From the IMG/VR virus record IMGVR_UViG_3300037524_000258, positions 1 through 37,712 of that record: DNA of 37,712 nucleotides; one strand, written 5' to 3'. The notes beneath the pieces are model-generated. The model ran no database searches and had not been told where the DNA came from. It was given only the letters and a program-made list of their open reading frames with translations. Shown here piece by piece: positions 23,031 through 32,224 of the stretch. The DNA is from a virus (Duplodnaviria; Caudoviricetes). The number at the start of each line of letters is the position of its first letter. The first letter of the stretch is position 1. The position numbers and the translations under genes were made by a program.

Positions 23031-24263
23031 TTATTTCCCCTTCTCAACCGTCCAACCTTGCGGGATGCCGGACGGAGGGCTTTGTGCGGGAGCAGACCTA
23101 CGGGACACCGGGGGCTTGTAGCCCTGGTCCCCAGCGTAGTTCTGGATCTCCTGCTGCATCATTTCGTACTCCCGCTTGAAGTTCTTCAGCTTGTCCCGGG
23201 CAGACTCGGGGGTGTCCGCAGCGGTGGGGATGAACGGCTTCAAGCGGGGGAACTCAGACACTGTGACCGCAGCGCCCGACCTGTCGTGGAGCTTCAACGA
23301 GCCGATGTCCGCGATGGCGGCACGAAGCGGGACACCCTTGGGGTCCATGCGCTGGCCGACATCTTCCGCGAACGGCAAGGCGTAAGCTGCGGACATACTC
23401 TTGCGAGCATCACGACGAATCTCACCCTTCTCGTCTTGGAGCAGACCCAGGGCCGAGTCGATCTTGCCCAAAGCAGTCTCGTTCTCCACCCACGCCTTCG
23501 ACTGGGCGGCAGGGAGAGGCTTGAGATCCTTGGCCTTGTCGTCAGCCGCGCCCTTGCGAGCGGCAGCGGCGATATTGGCGGCGTCACGGCGAGCGTCAGC
23601 AGCCAGCTGCGCAATCTGGAGCCGAGTTGCGTTGGCTTCCCTGGCGGCGGCAGCGCGTTCCTCGCGCGACAGACGTTGATCCTCAGCGCGCTGCCGGGCC
23701 GCTTCCGCACGGGCCTCAAGCTCAGCCTTCCACTGCTCGGCGCGGGCAGCACGAGCGGCGACGGCTTCCTGGCTGCGGAACTCCCGTTGCTCCTGTCGCA
23801 CAGGCTCGTTGATCAGGGTGTCCGCACCGTACTGGGCCGCCAGGGCGCGAGTCAAGGGGTTGGTCTGCCCCCGCTGGGCCCACTCCATCTTCTCCTGCAT
23901 GGTCGGGGGCGTCACGCCGGTCAAGGGACCCTCCACGCCCTCCGGTTGCGGGCCCTGCAGCATCACTTCCTGACCCTGCGGACGGGCGCCCATCCACTGG
24001 GCGGCGTCGGCGGCCATCTGCTGATCCAGGTTCGTCTGGTCGCGGTTGGCGTCGTATTCCTTGACCGAACCACGGAGCGCGTTGACGAACGGAAGGGCCT
24101 GTTGGCTCCAGTGCGGAGCGACATATATGCCCGAGACCATCTGCCCCTTGGGCATGTCTCCGGCACCCTGACGCAGCGCAGCAGCTTCAGCGAGAGCGCG
24201 CTTGATCTGTTCCTGACGGGCGTCCCAAGGAACGCCACCGACTAGTGGGTTAGCAACGGGCAT
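23031..24263 (-). CDS. Internal virion / DNA ejection protein (410 aa)
   Basis: Start at ATG 24263; P.GQMVSG.YVAP.W motif; Ala/Arg/Glu coiled coil; C-terminal GAAVT.SE..R...FIP...D. Confidence 0.7.
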   Translation of the reverse strand: MPVANPLVGGVPWDARQEQIKRALAEAAALRQGAGDMPKGQMVSGIYVAPHWSQQALPFVNALRGSVKEYDANRDQTNLDQQMAADAAQWMGARPQGQEVMLQGPQPEGVEGPLTGVTPPTMQEKMEWAQRGQTNPLTRALAAQYGADTLINEPVRQEQREFRSQEAVAARAARAEQWKAELEARAEAARQRAEDQRLSREERAAAAREANATRLQIAQLAADARRDAANIAAAARKGAADDKAKDLKPLPAAQSKAWVENETALGKIDSALGLLQDEKGEIRRDARKSMSAAYALPFAEDVGQRMDPKGVPLRAAIADIGSLKLHDRSGAAVTVSEFPRLKPFIPTAADTPESARDKLKNFKREYEMMQQEIQNYAGDQGYKPPVSRRSAPAQSPPSGIPQGWTVEKGK

Positions 24264-24264
24264 C

Positions 24265-25575
24265 TTAACCCCCAAACATGCTGCCGATTTTGCCGCCCAC
24301 GGCACTGCCGATGGGACCGAAGAACGAGCCACCCAGTGACCCAGCCAACCCAAGCAAGCCCCCCGTCCGGTTGGAGCGGTTCGCCATCTGGGCGTTGTAA
24401 TTGTTCATCGCTGCCTGGTAGTTGTCCTGAGCCGCCCCGTAGATGTTAGCAGGATTGAACCCGGTGCCTTGGGTGTAGCCCTCAAAGCTCGGGTTCTGGA
24501 CCTGGGCTCCGCTCATGAACGCATTGAACTCGTTCAGGGGCATCTGCCGTTGCATCAGCATTTCTTGGAGGGCGCGTTGGCGGTCCTGGACGGAAGCATC
24601 GCGGAGCAGACCCTGCTCGCCCAGCTGAGCTTGACGGAGCATGTTGGCGTAGCTAGAGGCCAGGTCGCCCCGACCCAAAGCCAGACCCTGCTCGTCCAGC
24701 TGAGATTGACGAAGTTGGTTAGCCCAGTCAGACTGTAGATCGCCCCGACCCAAGGACAGTCCTTGCTCCCTCAGCCCTTGTTCGCGCAAAGCGTCCTGGC
24801 GGTTGATCCCGAGGCCCTGCTCCAACAGCCCTTGCTGACGGGACGTCATGCCCCGGTTAAAGATGTCCCCGTAGGCCCCCATGGCCCCTAGCAAGGCTTG
24901 CTGGTTGGCGTCAACATCCCTTTGGTTGAGGGATTGCATCGCCGCTTGCCACGCCGGGGTGCCCTCCGTAATGCCCTGAGCCTTGAGTCGGTTGACCTCT
25001 CGGTCACGACCTTGGGTGAGGGCCGGATTCAACCGACCCATCATGGCGTCTTGGACCTCCTGGACCGCCCCAAAACCGGCCTCAGGCATAGCCCCCAAGG
25101 CGCCAAAGTCGTACTGACCACCCATCTGGGGCAGCTTGCTGAAGTCGTACTGGCCAGGGGCCGCGCCCGGAGCCTGTAGCTTGCTGAAGTCGTACTGGCC
25201 GGGGGCAGTACCCCACTGAGACAGCTGACTCAGGTCGAAGCCCTCGACACCAGGCAACCCCTCCAAGGAGAAGGGGTCCTTGACTGCGTCCTGCGCCGAC
25301 CCGAGCAACCCCAAGCCGGTGTTGGCCAGCCCTAGTTGGGCGGCCTGTTGGGCGTCGAAAATGTCCTGACCGGCCTGACTCAGCTGCTCGATCTGGGTCC
25401 AGTGCCCCGTAACAGGGTCTTGACTCCAGGTCAGAGAACCGTAGGGGTTGTACTGGTCCGCCCGGTTGGCCTGCGTCTGTTCAGCAGCCGCCTGCTTGTT
25501 CAGGTCAGCTTGCTGTTGCGCAAGTGCGCCGTAGTCCGGGGCCGGGGGAGGGGCTGGAGTGGACTTCTTTCCCAT
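24265..25575 (-). CDS. Internal virion / pilot-like ejection protein (436 aa)
   Basis: GAGG RBS; MGKKS.PAPP.APDY...A..Q...N and ANR..QY.PYGSL motifs; Q/G/A-rich; Gly-zipper C-terminus. Confidence 0.75.
   Translation of the reverse strand: MGKKSTPAPPPAPDYGALAQQQADLNKQAAAEQTQANRADQYNPYGSLTWSQDPVTGHWTQIEQLSQAGQDIFDAQQAAQLGLANTGLGLLGSAQDAVKDPFSLEGLPGVEGFDLSQLSQWGTAPGQYDFSKLQAPGAAPGQYDFSKLPQMGGQYDFGALGAMPEAGFGAVQEVQDAMMGRLNPALTQGRDREVNRLKAQGITEGTPAWQAAMQSLNQRDVDANQQALLGAMGAYGDIFNRGMTSRQQGLLEQGLGINRQDALREQGLREQGLSLGRGDLQSDWANQLRQSQLDEQGLALGRGDLASSYANMLRQAQLGEQGLLRDASVQDRQRALQEMLMQRQMPLNEFNAFMSGAQVQNPSFEGYTQGTGFNPANIYGAAQDNYQAAMNNYNAQMANRSNRTGGLLGLAGSLGGSFFGPIGSAVGGKIGSMFGG
25133..25200. repeat. 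23-bp direct repeat (period 45 bp) encoding GQYDFSKL units
   Basis: AGCTTGCTGAAGTCGTACTGGCC at 25133-25155 and 25178-25200. Confidence 0.9.
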
Positions 25576-25996
25576 GAGTACCTCTGTTCAACCACTTACA
25601 ATCCGCCTTACGCATGCTCAAGATGTGTAGCGCCCCATCGGGGTGAGCCCCCTCAAGGATGCACTCGGTCTTGAACCCGAGGCGACGGTTAATGTCCAAC
25701 GCAGTTACGTGGCCCGAAGGCACCTTGCCGATCACTACGTTACACTTGGCCTGGTTGAACGGGTAGTCAAATGCGGCCCAAATGAAATCTCTGCTCATCC
25801 ATCCGGGGGAACCAGCCATGTGCATTTCGCAAGCCGACCCGTTCCACCCGTCATACCCAACGACCCCGAGTATACCCCCCGTCCGGGGGTCTAGTCTACC
25901 CAGGGCAGTAAAGTGGTCCGTAACCACTAGATCCAACTTCTTGCACAACCACCACTTCAGTAGCGATTGGTTGCGCGTTTCGATCAGAAGCGTCAC
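25505..25996 (-). CDS. GNAT-fold protein of the podovirus morphogenesis module (163 aa)
   Basis: GTGA-coupled start at 25996; GVVGY..W....CEMH, W.SR.....AFDYPF.Q..C, RLGF..E..L, M.K..C.WL; sits between the tail and ejection genes. Confidence 0.75.
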   Translation of the reverse strand: MTLLIETRNQSLLKWWLCKKLDLVVTDHFTALGRLDPRTGGILGVVGYDGWNGSACEMHMAGSPGWMSRDFIWAAFDYPFNQAKCNVVIGKVPSGHVTALDINRRLGFKTECILEGAHPDGALHILSMRKADCKWLNRGTHGKEVHSSPSPGPGLRRTCATAS

Positions 25997-26346
25997 GCCC
26001 CACCAGTCGGCTCGTAGTTGGCCCAAGCCGCCAGCATTTGTTGTCGCTGAGCAGCTTGTTGTTGGGCGACTTGTTGTTGTTGTTGTTGACGCAAGGCCTG
26101 AACCTGCGCCGCAGCCTGAGCTTGCTGCTGCTTCTGCATCGCCTGCTGACGCATCGCGTCCCTATTGAACATATGCTGCTGGAGGGCCTGCTGCATATGC
26201 GCAGGAACGCGCTGCGCCATAACAGGAGCCCCTTGTGGGGCGGGCATCCCTTGCGGAGCCCGGTTGGCCATGGCGCGGCTGAAGGCGTCCGAAACGCGGG
26301 AACGCATGCCCCCGAACGAAGGCATACCAGGCTTGGAGCTTTTCAC
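25993..26346 (-). CDS. Gln/Ala/Met-rich low-complexity protein (117 aa)
   Basis: GGAGG RBS; GTGA overlaps at both ends; fills the gap in the late operon exactly. Confidence 0.7.
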   Translation of the reverse strand: MKSSKPGMPSFGGMRSRVSDAFSRAMANRAPQGMPAPQGAPVMAQRVPAHMQQALQQHMFNRDAMRQQAMQKQQQAQAAAQVQALRQQQQQQVAQQQAAQRQQMLAAWANYEPTGGA

Positions 26347-27944
26347 AACGGACCTCCTGAACGGTAAGTGTAGTCAGTGCTGACCCAAACAGACTCAGCT
26401 TCAGATGAGATGTTCAACGCAAGGGACACGGCGGTGCCGATACCGCTGCCGGAGTTCCACTCGCGCTGCGTCAACAGACCACCGGACCACGAATCCTGAC
26501 CCCAAATGGCTTGGTTCCAAAAGGCGAAGGGGGAAGCCGCCCCAGATCCGGTGGGAAGGGGGGCGGCTTGCTGCTCGTAGTCATACTTGATGATCGAGGC
26601 ATAGCCTACCACCCGAGAGCCCAGAAACGTGGGACGGTACAAACCCACCTGCTTCTGAGCCGCAGGGGCGTTGAAATGGGTGTAGGCCTGTTGGGCGAAG
26701 GACAGGATGTTGGTCCCGCCCGTACCGTCCAACTTCACATCGTCCTTGTAGCCGATGTAGGACCGCATGACGCGACCATCGGCAGTGCCGAAGAACGGCA
26801 ACTCATCGACCCGAGCCCAGCACCGGGCGTTCATCCCCGAGAAGGTGCACCAAGACTGGGTAATGTCGTTGGAGACCAGCTGTCCGTTGCCGCCTTGGTA
26901 GACCGAGGGGACGTTGATGTAGACCAGGTTGATGGACGGGATGAAGAGAATCTCCCACCCCTCCAGGTCGCCCAGGTCGCTCATCAAGTCACTGATCAAG
27001 AACTGGACCTTGCGACTGTAGGTATCGTTGGCCTGAACGTTGACCTGAGTAGACGTCAGAACCGTGGCCATGGAGACCACGCCGTTCTGGGTCAAGACGA
27101 ACAGGTCCCCGCCCTTGTTGGTCAGAAATCGTCTGCCGCGCGGGGGTTCGCCCAAGAAATAGACGCCCACCAACCTCCAAGCAGAAGCGTCCGTGGGGTC
27201 CACCCCCACGTACACCACCGCTTCGCCGCGCGAAGATATGGCCACCAAGTGGTCGTCAGAGCCAGCCCCCGTATCTGCCGACCAGGTACCCAAAGCAGCC
27301 AAATAACCGCCACGCTTGAACAGGGCGCCAAAGTCAAAGAAGTTGGCCTCCCCGTAGACGGCGTCAGGGGCCAGGAACCAACCCAAGGTCGAGTTGACCT
27401 CTACCGCCCAGACGCGGCGCTGGTGGATGGTGCCCTGAATAAGGTTGGCAGGGTCAACGTTCTTCCACGTACCGGCGGCAATACCATCGCCCGCCGTCAG
27501 ACGTTGAAGCCCCGCTGCACTGTACCAAATGGGGTCGTCACTCCCGTTAAAGATCAAGGTATGGGGACCAGCAGAGTTGGCGAAGAACACCGACTGCCAG
27601 AAATCATTGGTCAACCCGGTCAGAAGCTCGTTGGCAGGAACGACCGCCCCTGGGGCAGTGATATCCCACATTGAGCCGGTGGCGAAGGCGAACAACTTGC
27701 TGGGAGGAGTCCCACTGACGCTGACCCAGCCGCTGATGGACTCGACCGCCCCAGTCATGCCGGTGGCGTACTCCTGGTACCCACGACGTACTGTGCACCC
27801 ATAGGGTTGGGGCACGAGATTGTCCAGGCGAATGGCGTCCGTCGCCGGCATAGCGGCGAGGTTGTCGTAAGCGTTAAGGCCACCAATCGGTGACGGGACC
27901 GTGGTGATCTTGGACGAGTCTTGTTCGACAGGGAAGGACTTCAC
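26343..27944 (-). CDS. Tail nozzle / packaged-DNA stabilisation protein (P22 gp10- or tail tubular B-like; 533 aa)
   Basis: Probable GTG start at 27944 (GTGA overlap); PSPIGGLN..D.LA.M...DA..L.N..P....VRRG N-terminus; beta-rich; W....W...W C-terminus; synteny. Confidence 0.75.
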   Translation of the reverse strand: MKSFPVEQDSSKITTVPSPIGGLNAYDNLAAMPATDAIRLDNLVPQPYGCTVRRGYQEYATGMTGAVESISGWVSVSGTPPSKLFAFATGSMWDITAPGAVVPANELLTGLTNDFWQSVFFANSAGPHTLIFNGSDDPIWYSAAGLQRLTAGDGIAAGTWKNVDPANLIQGTIHQRRVWAVEVNSTLGWFLAPDAVYGEANFFDFGALFKRGGYLAALGTWSADTGAGSDDHLVAISSRGEAVVYVGVDPTDASAWRLVGVYFLGEPPRGRRFLTNKGGDLFVLTQNGVVSMATVLTSTQVNVQANDTYSRKVQFLISDLMSDLGDLEGWEILFIPSINLVYINVPSVYQGGNGQLVSNDITQSWCTFSGMNARCWARVDELPFFGTADGRVMRSYIGYKDDVKLDGTGGTNILSFAQQAYTHFNAPAAQKQVGLYRPTFLGSRVVGYASIIKYDYEQQAAPLPTGSGAASPFAFWNQAIWGQDSWSGGLLTQREWNSGSGIGTAVSLALNISSEAESVWVSTDYTYRSGGPL

Positions 27945-28693
27945 GGAGTCATGCCCGGGTTGACGTCCCAAGAACCATCAGGGATGGACCAGGGGCCGAT
28001 GAACAGAGGCGGGAAGCGGGGGGCCAACGACAGCTTTGGCGCACCGCGATCCTTGCCCGTCAACGATTGGAAGATGCGCATGAAGTCCCCGCGCACTCCA
28101 GAAGTGTCGAAGCCCTTGAGCTCGTAGAACTTGAGCTTGACGAACTTGATCACCATCCAAGGGTGGTACTCCACGAGGTCGCTGTCGTTGGTGACCATCG
28201 ACGCTTGTGTAAGGTCAGCGGCAGTGACCCAGGTGCTGCGGATGTACTCCATGTCCAAGGTGAACGGAGTGAACGGGTTGCCCACCGTTGACGCTGCCGG
28301 AATAGGCCACACCACGAACTTGTTGTTGTACACCCGATAGCGCATCCGGGGAGCAGCCTGCAACAGACCGCCCTTCAACCAGGCCCATTCCTGCGGAGAC
28401 TTGGGACCGAGCAGCGGCCAGTGGTTGGTCTGGTCCCATTGCGTCTGGTCAACGAAGTAAGCCCAGTCATCGGGGACAGGGTACTCTTGTTGGCCGTCAA
28501 CGGTCTGGAAGTTCCAGAACTCAACGAACTGCTCCCACGGGTAGTAGGTAAGCAGTTCGTTGCCGCTGCTATTGAGAAGCGCCACCAGTTGGTCGATCTG
28601 GGGGTTGTCTTGCCCAAACAACGTCTGGGGCTGGGGCAAGCCCAGCTCCCCCGCCACCTGCTTGACGATTTCAATAGCGGTCCAGTTCTGCAT
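27941..28693 (-). CDS. Head-tail adaptor / tail tubular protein A-like (250 aa)
   Basis: IVKQVAGELGLP.P, TVDGQ.EY..P.D and LLGP.SPQEW motifs; synteny. Confidence 0.72.
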   Translation of the reverse strand: MQNWTAIEIVKQVAGELGLPQPQTLFGQDNPQIDQLVALLNSSGNELLTYYPWEQFVEFWNFQTVDGQQEYPVPDDWAYFVDQTQWDQTNHWPLLGPKSPQEWAWLKGGLLQAAPRMRYRVYNNKFVVWPIPAASTVGNPFTPFTLDMEYIRSTWVTAADLTQASMVTNDSDLVEYHPWMVIKFVKLKFYELKGFDTSGVRGDFMRIFQSLTGKDRGAPKLSLAPRFPPLFIGPWSIPDGSWDVNPGMTP

Positions 28694-28696
28694 AGC

Positions 28697-29272
28697 TTAC
28701 GCCTTGGCAGTTGCTTTCGCCGGCATCTTGTTCAGGAGGTCCATGGCTTCCTTGAGTTGGCGGGCCAGGACTTCGTTCTGACTCTTCAGCGCGTCGATCT
28801 GCTCCTGCATATGGGTGATCGGGGCCGCGTTGTTGGCGGCGTCGAGGTACTTCTGCGCCTTCTGCTTCAAGGACTGGATGCCCATGAACTTCTGACCCGC
28901 TTGGTCCGACATCCCGGCCAGTTGCTCCAGGGTGAAGCAATTGAACGCCTTGAGCTCCGCGATCTGGCTGACCGTCAAGAACGGAACCTGGTCCAGCGGA
29001 GTGCCGTCAACGATCTGCTCCATCTGCTTCTGGAAGCGGTCCCACTGACGGGGGAAGCGGCGGATGTAGTTCTCGTTGACCTTCTGGACAGTGGGGTCCT
29101 TGGAGCCGGGGATCAGGATCTTGATCATGGGGACATCCTTGAAGATCGGACGCCCTGCCTCGGCAGAAGCGACCTCATTCTTCACGGCTTCCATGTAGAA
29201 CATGACGAGCAACTTCTTGTCGCCCTCGTCAGTTTCAAAATCCATGTCAGAGTCGTAGGTGGGGGTGGGCAT
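28697..29272 (-). CDS. Conserved phage protein in the morphogenesis module (191 aa)
   Basis: GGAG RBS; V.FY, GRPIF.D, RFP.QW..F, GTPL, T.EQLA..SD motifs; C-terminal coiled coil. Confidence 0.8.
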   Translation of the reverse strand: MPTPTYDSDMDFETDEGDKKLLVMFYMEAVKNEVASAEAGRPIFKDVPMIKILIPGSKDPTVQKVNENYIRRFPRQWDRFQKQMEQIVDGTPLDQVPFLTVSQIAELKAFNCFTLEQLAGMSDQAGQKFMGIQSLKQKAQKYLDAANNAAPITHMQEQIDALKSQNEVLARQLKEAMDLLNKMPAKATAKA

Positions 29273-29296
29273 GGTGGTGCTCCAGTGGTGGGGAAG

Positions 29297-29881
29297 TTAG
29301 ACGAAACTGTTGACCGGCACGTTCTCGACCAGCAGCAGTGCGTTGCTGATCGTGTAGTTGCCGGCGTTGGTGGTGGTCGCGCGGATCTCAAAGACCGCAT
29401 CGACGCCGCCAGTGTAGACCAGCGCGCCGAAGGTCAGCGCGCCGAAGTTGCCCGCACCGCCGCACGTGACCGAGTCGCGGAATGGCGTGGCGACGCCGTT
29501 CTTGTAGAGGGTGAAGGTCACGTCAGCGTTGTTGGCCCCGACCACGTCAGCCGTGAACGTCACGCGGGCTGACGCGCCTGTGTTGCCGACCGCCGCGATC
29601 TGCTGGGTCACCTGACCCGCTGCCGCGTTGGCCGTCATCTCGCCACTGGCCGCGACCACGGACGCAAAGGGTGCGATCACGACAGGTGTGGTCGTGTTCA
29701 GCGCCACCACCACGCCTGGGGTGGCGGGGATGTTGATGCCGCCGTAGGCCGGGGCCATCGTGGTGAGGAAGTTCTTGATCATGTCCCGCACATCGGCGGG
29801 GTCGATCAGCTGAGTCGTGTTGTCAGGCAACGTAGCGTCTGCCTGGGCGAGCAATTCGACAATGCTGTAACGGGTAGCCAT
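29297..29881 (-). CDS. Virion fibre/decoration-like protein (194 aa)
   Basis: ATG 29881; N-terminal LPDNT..LI.PAD.R segment; beta-sandwich-like C-terminus (VTFTLYKNG). Confidence 0.65.
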   Translation of the reverse strand: MATRYSIVELLAQADATLPDNTTQLIDPADVRDMIKNFLTTMAPAYGGINIPATPGVVVALNTTTPVVIAPFASVVAASGEMTANAAAGQVTQQIAAVGNTGASARVTFTADVVGANNADVTFTLYKNGVATPFRDSVTCGGAGNFGALTFGALVYTGGVDAVFEIRATTTNAGNYTISNALLLVENVPVNSFV

Positions 29882-29883
29882 GG

Positions 29884-30030
29884 TCAACTCTCGTCAGGGT
29901 CAAAGCCGCCATCCGCCAGCACGGCGATCAGCAACAGAAGAAGATGCCGGAGGTCGGCCGGCGTGATCAAGCCCTGCGTGTTGTCCGGCAGGTGTTGCTC
30001 CACCAAGCTGCGAAACTCAGTAGGCGTCAT
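29884..30030 (-). CDS. 48-aa protein sharing the LPDNT..LI.PAD.R motif with the downstream gene
   Basis: Not in the track; MTPTEFRSLVEQHLPDNTQGLITPADLRHLLLLLIAVLADGGFDPDES. GAGG RBS, ATGA overlap, fills the gap exactly. Confidence 0.75.
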   Translation of the reverse strand: MTPTEFRSLVEQHLPDNTQGLITPADLRHLLLLLIAVLADGGFDPDES

Positions 30031-30413
30031 GCGAACCCCTCATCGAAGCCGGAACTGAACCCGGACAACGTGGCCGGGGGCTCGCTAGCTGCGAACGCCA
30101 GCTTGCCCCCGCTGGTGAACGGTAGACCCGCGTTCCAGTACGCCACGGCCCCAACAGTGTCGATGGCGACAGCACCTAGTTCGTTGATTGGAATACCGCC
30201 CTGAGAATGGTACGCTACGGTGCCAACGTTCTGCACCGACAACGCGCCATTGTTCATGAACGGCAAGCCGTTGTGCCATCGTTGGGGGGTATTGAGGCTA
30301 ACGGACACCAACCCCTGCTCCGACTCCACTCCAGCGTTGAATTCGCTGCCCGCAACAGTAGTGTTGCGCACTTTCCCCAGAGCGTCGAAGCGGAGCACGC
30401 CAGCGTTCAGCAT
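30027..30413 (-). CDS. Putative virion structural protein with three internal repeats (128 aa)
   Basis: Repeats WHNGLPFMNNGAL / HSQGGIPINELGAV / YWNAGLPFTSGGKL; C-terminal SGFSSGFDEGFA. Confidence 0.7.
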   Translation of the reverse strand: MLNAGVLRFDALGKVRNTTVAGSEFNAGVESEQGLVSVSLNTPQRWHNGLPFMNNGALSVQNVGTVAYHSQGGIPINELGAVAIDTVGAVAYWNAGLPFTSGGKLAFAASEPPATLSGFSSGFDEGFA

Positions 30414-30425
30414 GGCGCGCCCCTA

Positions 30426-30989
30426 TCAGGCCACCGCTGCGCTGGCCGCGTTGGACGAGCCGAACTGCGACTGTCCAACCTTCAGCGACACCCCCGAGCG
30501 GTTGGCAAACCCAGTTTCGATGTCCGCGCCGTTGGCCACCGTACCCGACGCCGTCACGAGCTTGGACAGGAAGCCGGTGAAGGCCGGGCCAGTGCCCGCG
30601 TCACGACTGCCGCCGTTGCCACCGTTGCCGATGCCGAAGCCGGCAGTGTACGGGTTCGGTGTCGCCGCGCCGCCAGAGTTGGGATCGCTGCGACCGCCGC
30701 CGAGGTACATCAACGTCGAGTCAGCAGACGCCGTGCCGTCGGGCTTCGTGACGCCAGGGGTGTAATTGTCGGTGAAGTTCTGCGGGATCGTGTCGATACC
30801 GGGCACCTTGGTCGCGCAACCAAAGCCGATGCCGGTAGACAGGGCACCAGTGGAGGCGTGAACCGAGGGAACCACGTTGTCGAACGGCGAACCCTTGGGG
30901 CCGGACAGCAAGTCAAAGTTGACCGTCGCGCCTGCGGAGGGATTCAAGAGGTTGTTGGCGGGGGTGTCGCCAGGGAGTCCTGCGGGCAT
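30426..30989 (-). CDS. Gly/Thr/Ser-rich putative capsid decoration protein (187 aa)
   Basis: Start at ATG 30989 (CAGGAG RBS); directly after the major capsid gene. Confidence 0.7.
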   Translation of the reverse strand: MPAGLPGDTPANNLLNPSAGATVNFDLLSGPKGSPFDNVVPSVHASTGALSTGIGFGCATKVPGIDTIPQNFTDNYTPGVTKPDGTASADSTLMYLGGGRSDPNSGGAATPNPYTAGFGIGNGGNGGSRDAGTGPAFTGFLSKLVTASGTVANGADIETGFANRSGVSLKVGQSQFGSSNAASAAVA

Positions 30990-31078
30990 ATCGTTCTCCT
31001 GAGTTGAGAGGTTAGGTGGGGGCCAGGCGGACTCGCACCGCTCAGAGCTATCAAGCTGCCCTAGGCGCCCCCAATTCC

Positions 31079-32059
31079 TTACTCGACCATGATGCCTTGG
31101 AACTGGAGACCCGACGAGGTCAGGTTGCCAGCCCACGCCAGGATCTGCACCGCAGCGTCCTGGTTGACCGAGTAGCGTTGACCCGGCGACAGGGGCACCA
31201 TGTTGCGGTCACGGTGCGGGCGGAAGTGCATGTACTTCGTGTTGAGGAAGTACGCAGTGGACGCCGGCATGAAGCCGCCGATACCGCCGTCCAGCACCAC
31301 GTCAGCGTCCATGTACTTGACGCTCACGAAGCCCAGCTTGGCGCTGTCGCTGTCGGTGAACCGCTGGATCGCCTGCAGGGACGCCATGTAGAAGCCCCAG
31401 TAGACGTTGTCCACGATGATCAGGTCCGGGCGGTCGTTGCCGCGCACGCACTTGGCCCACAGACGGTTGAAGTACGTCTGGATGTTGCTGGCCGTGGTCG
31501 CGCCGCCGCCATCCGTGGTCGCATCGAACGTCTGGTTGCGCCAGAAGTTCCACGTACCACGGTCGATGCCGCCAGGCGAGCCGCTGGTCGGGACCGCGAT
31601 CACCTGCGCGCCGAGGCCGGTGATCTGCTTGCCGCCAGCCGCCGTGCCGTCGCTGTAGACGCCCTGGGCGATCAGGTTGGCCATCGAGGACTCGCCCACC
31701 GACACGCGGGCTTCCATCAGGTCAATGATCTGCTCGCGACCCGAGTTCTGGAGCTGGTCCAGACCGCTGATCGTGACCGGGCAGGCCGCTTGCTTGATGT
31801 CGTACTGGGCCGCGCTGATGACGTCCTGCGCCGCGACGGGCAGCAGGTCGTAGCCAGCGTACCAACCGGCGTTGCCGTTGGCTTGGAAGCTCAGCTCCTG
31901 GAGGATGACGTTACCACCACCGAACGGCTTCACGTTCCCGCGCTGGTTCAGGCGAGAGAGCAGTGCGTTGTTCTTGGTGACGTTGTCGGCGATCTTGCCG
32001 GTACGCGACTGGATCGTGGTCGCGATGATGTCGCTAATTGCGGAATTGGCGAATGCCAT
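31079..32059 (-). CDS. Major capsid protein (326 aa)
   Basis: CAGGAG RBS; very strong codon bias; TTIQSR...IADNVTKNNALL, GG..I.Q.L, WY.GYD.L, YSDGT..GGKQI.GL, GGIDR..W.FWRN, YFLNTKY; follows portal and scaffold. Confidence 0.92.
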   Translation of the reverse strand: MAFANSAISDIIATTIQSRTGKIADNVTKNNALLSRLNQRGNVKPFGGGNVILQELSFQANGNAGWYAGYDLLPVAAQDVISAAQYDIKQAACPVTISGLDQLQNSGREQIIDLMEARVSVGESSMANLIAQGVYSDGTAAGGKQITGLGAQVIAVPTSGSPGGIDRGTWNFWRNQTFDATTDGGGATTASNIQTYFNRLWAKCVRGNDRPDLIIVDNVYWGFYMASLQAIQRFTDSDSAKLGFVSVKYMDADVVLDGGIGGFMPASTAYFLNTKYMHFRPHRDRNMVPLSPGQRYSVNQDAAVQILAWAGNLTSSGLQFQGIMVE

Positions 32060-32062
32060 GAT

Positions 32063-32224
32063 TTACTCCTGAGTTGGAACGGGCTTGGCCGGCTTCGGCA
32101 CCACTCCGTTCGGATGTACGCGGGGTTGGCCTGGGTCTTTGCGCTTCTGACGAATCGGCTGTGCCGGCTTCAGGAGGGTCCGGGGGAACGCCATACCCAG
32201 TTTGGCTCTGGTAATGATGCTCAT
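32063..32224 (-). CDS. Small basic Pro-rich protein (53 aa)
   Basis: ATGA overlap with the scaffold stop; AGGA RBS; fills the gap before the capsid gene. Confidence 0.55.
   Translation of the reverse strand: MSIITRAKLGMAFPRTLLKPAQPIRQKRKDPGQPRVHPNGVVPKPAKPVPTQE

Noticed and set aside
25505-25996. GNAT protein as the tailoring acetyltransferase of the base-modification pathway
   Set aside because: It lies in the virion operon, at the position where podoviruses commonly carry a morphogenesis GNAT-fold gene, far from the modification cluster and on the opposite strand.
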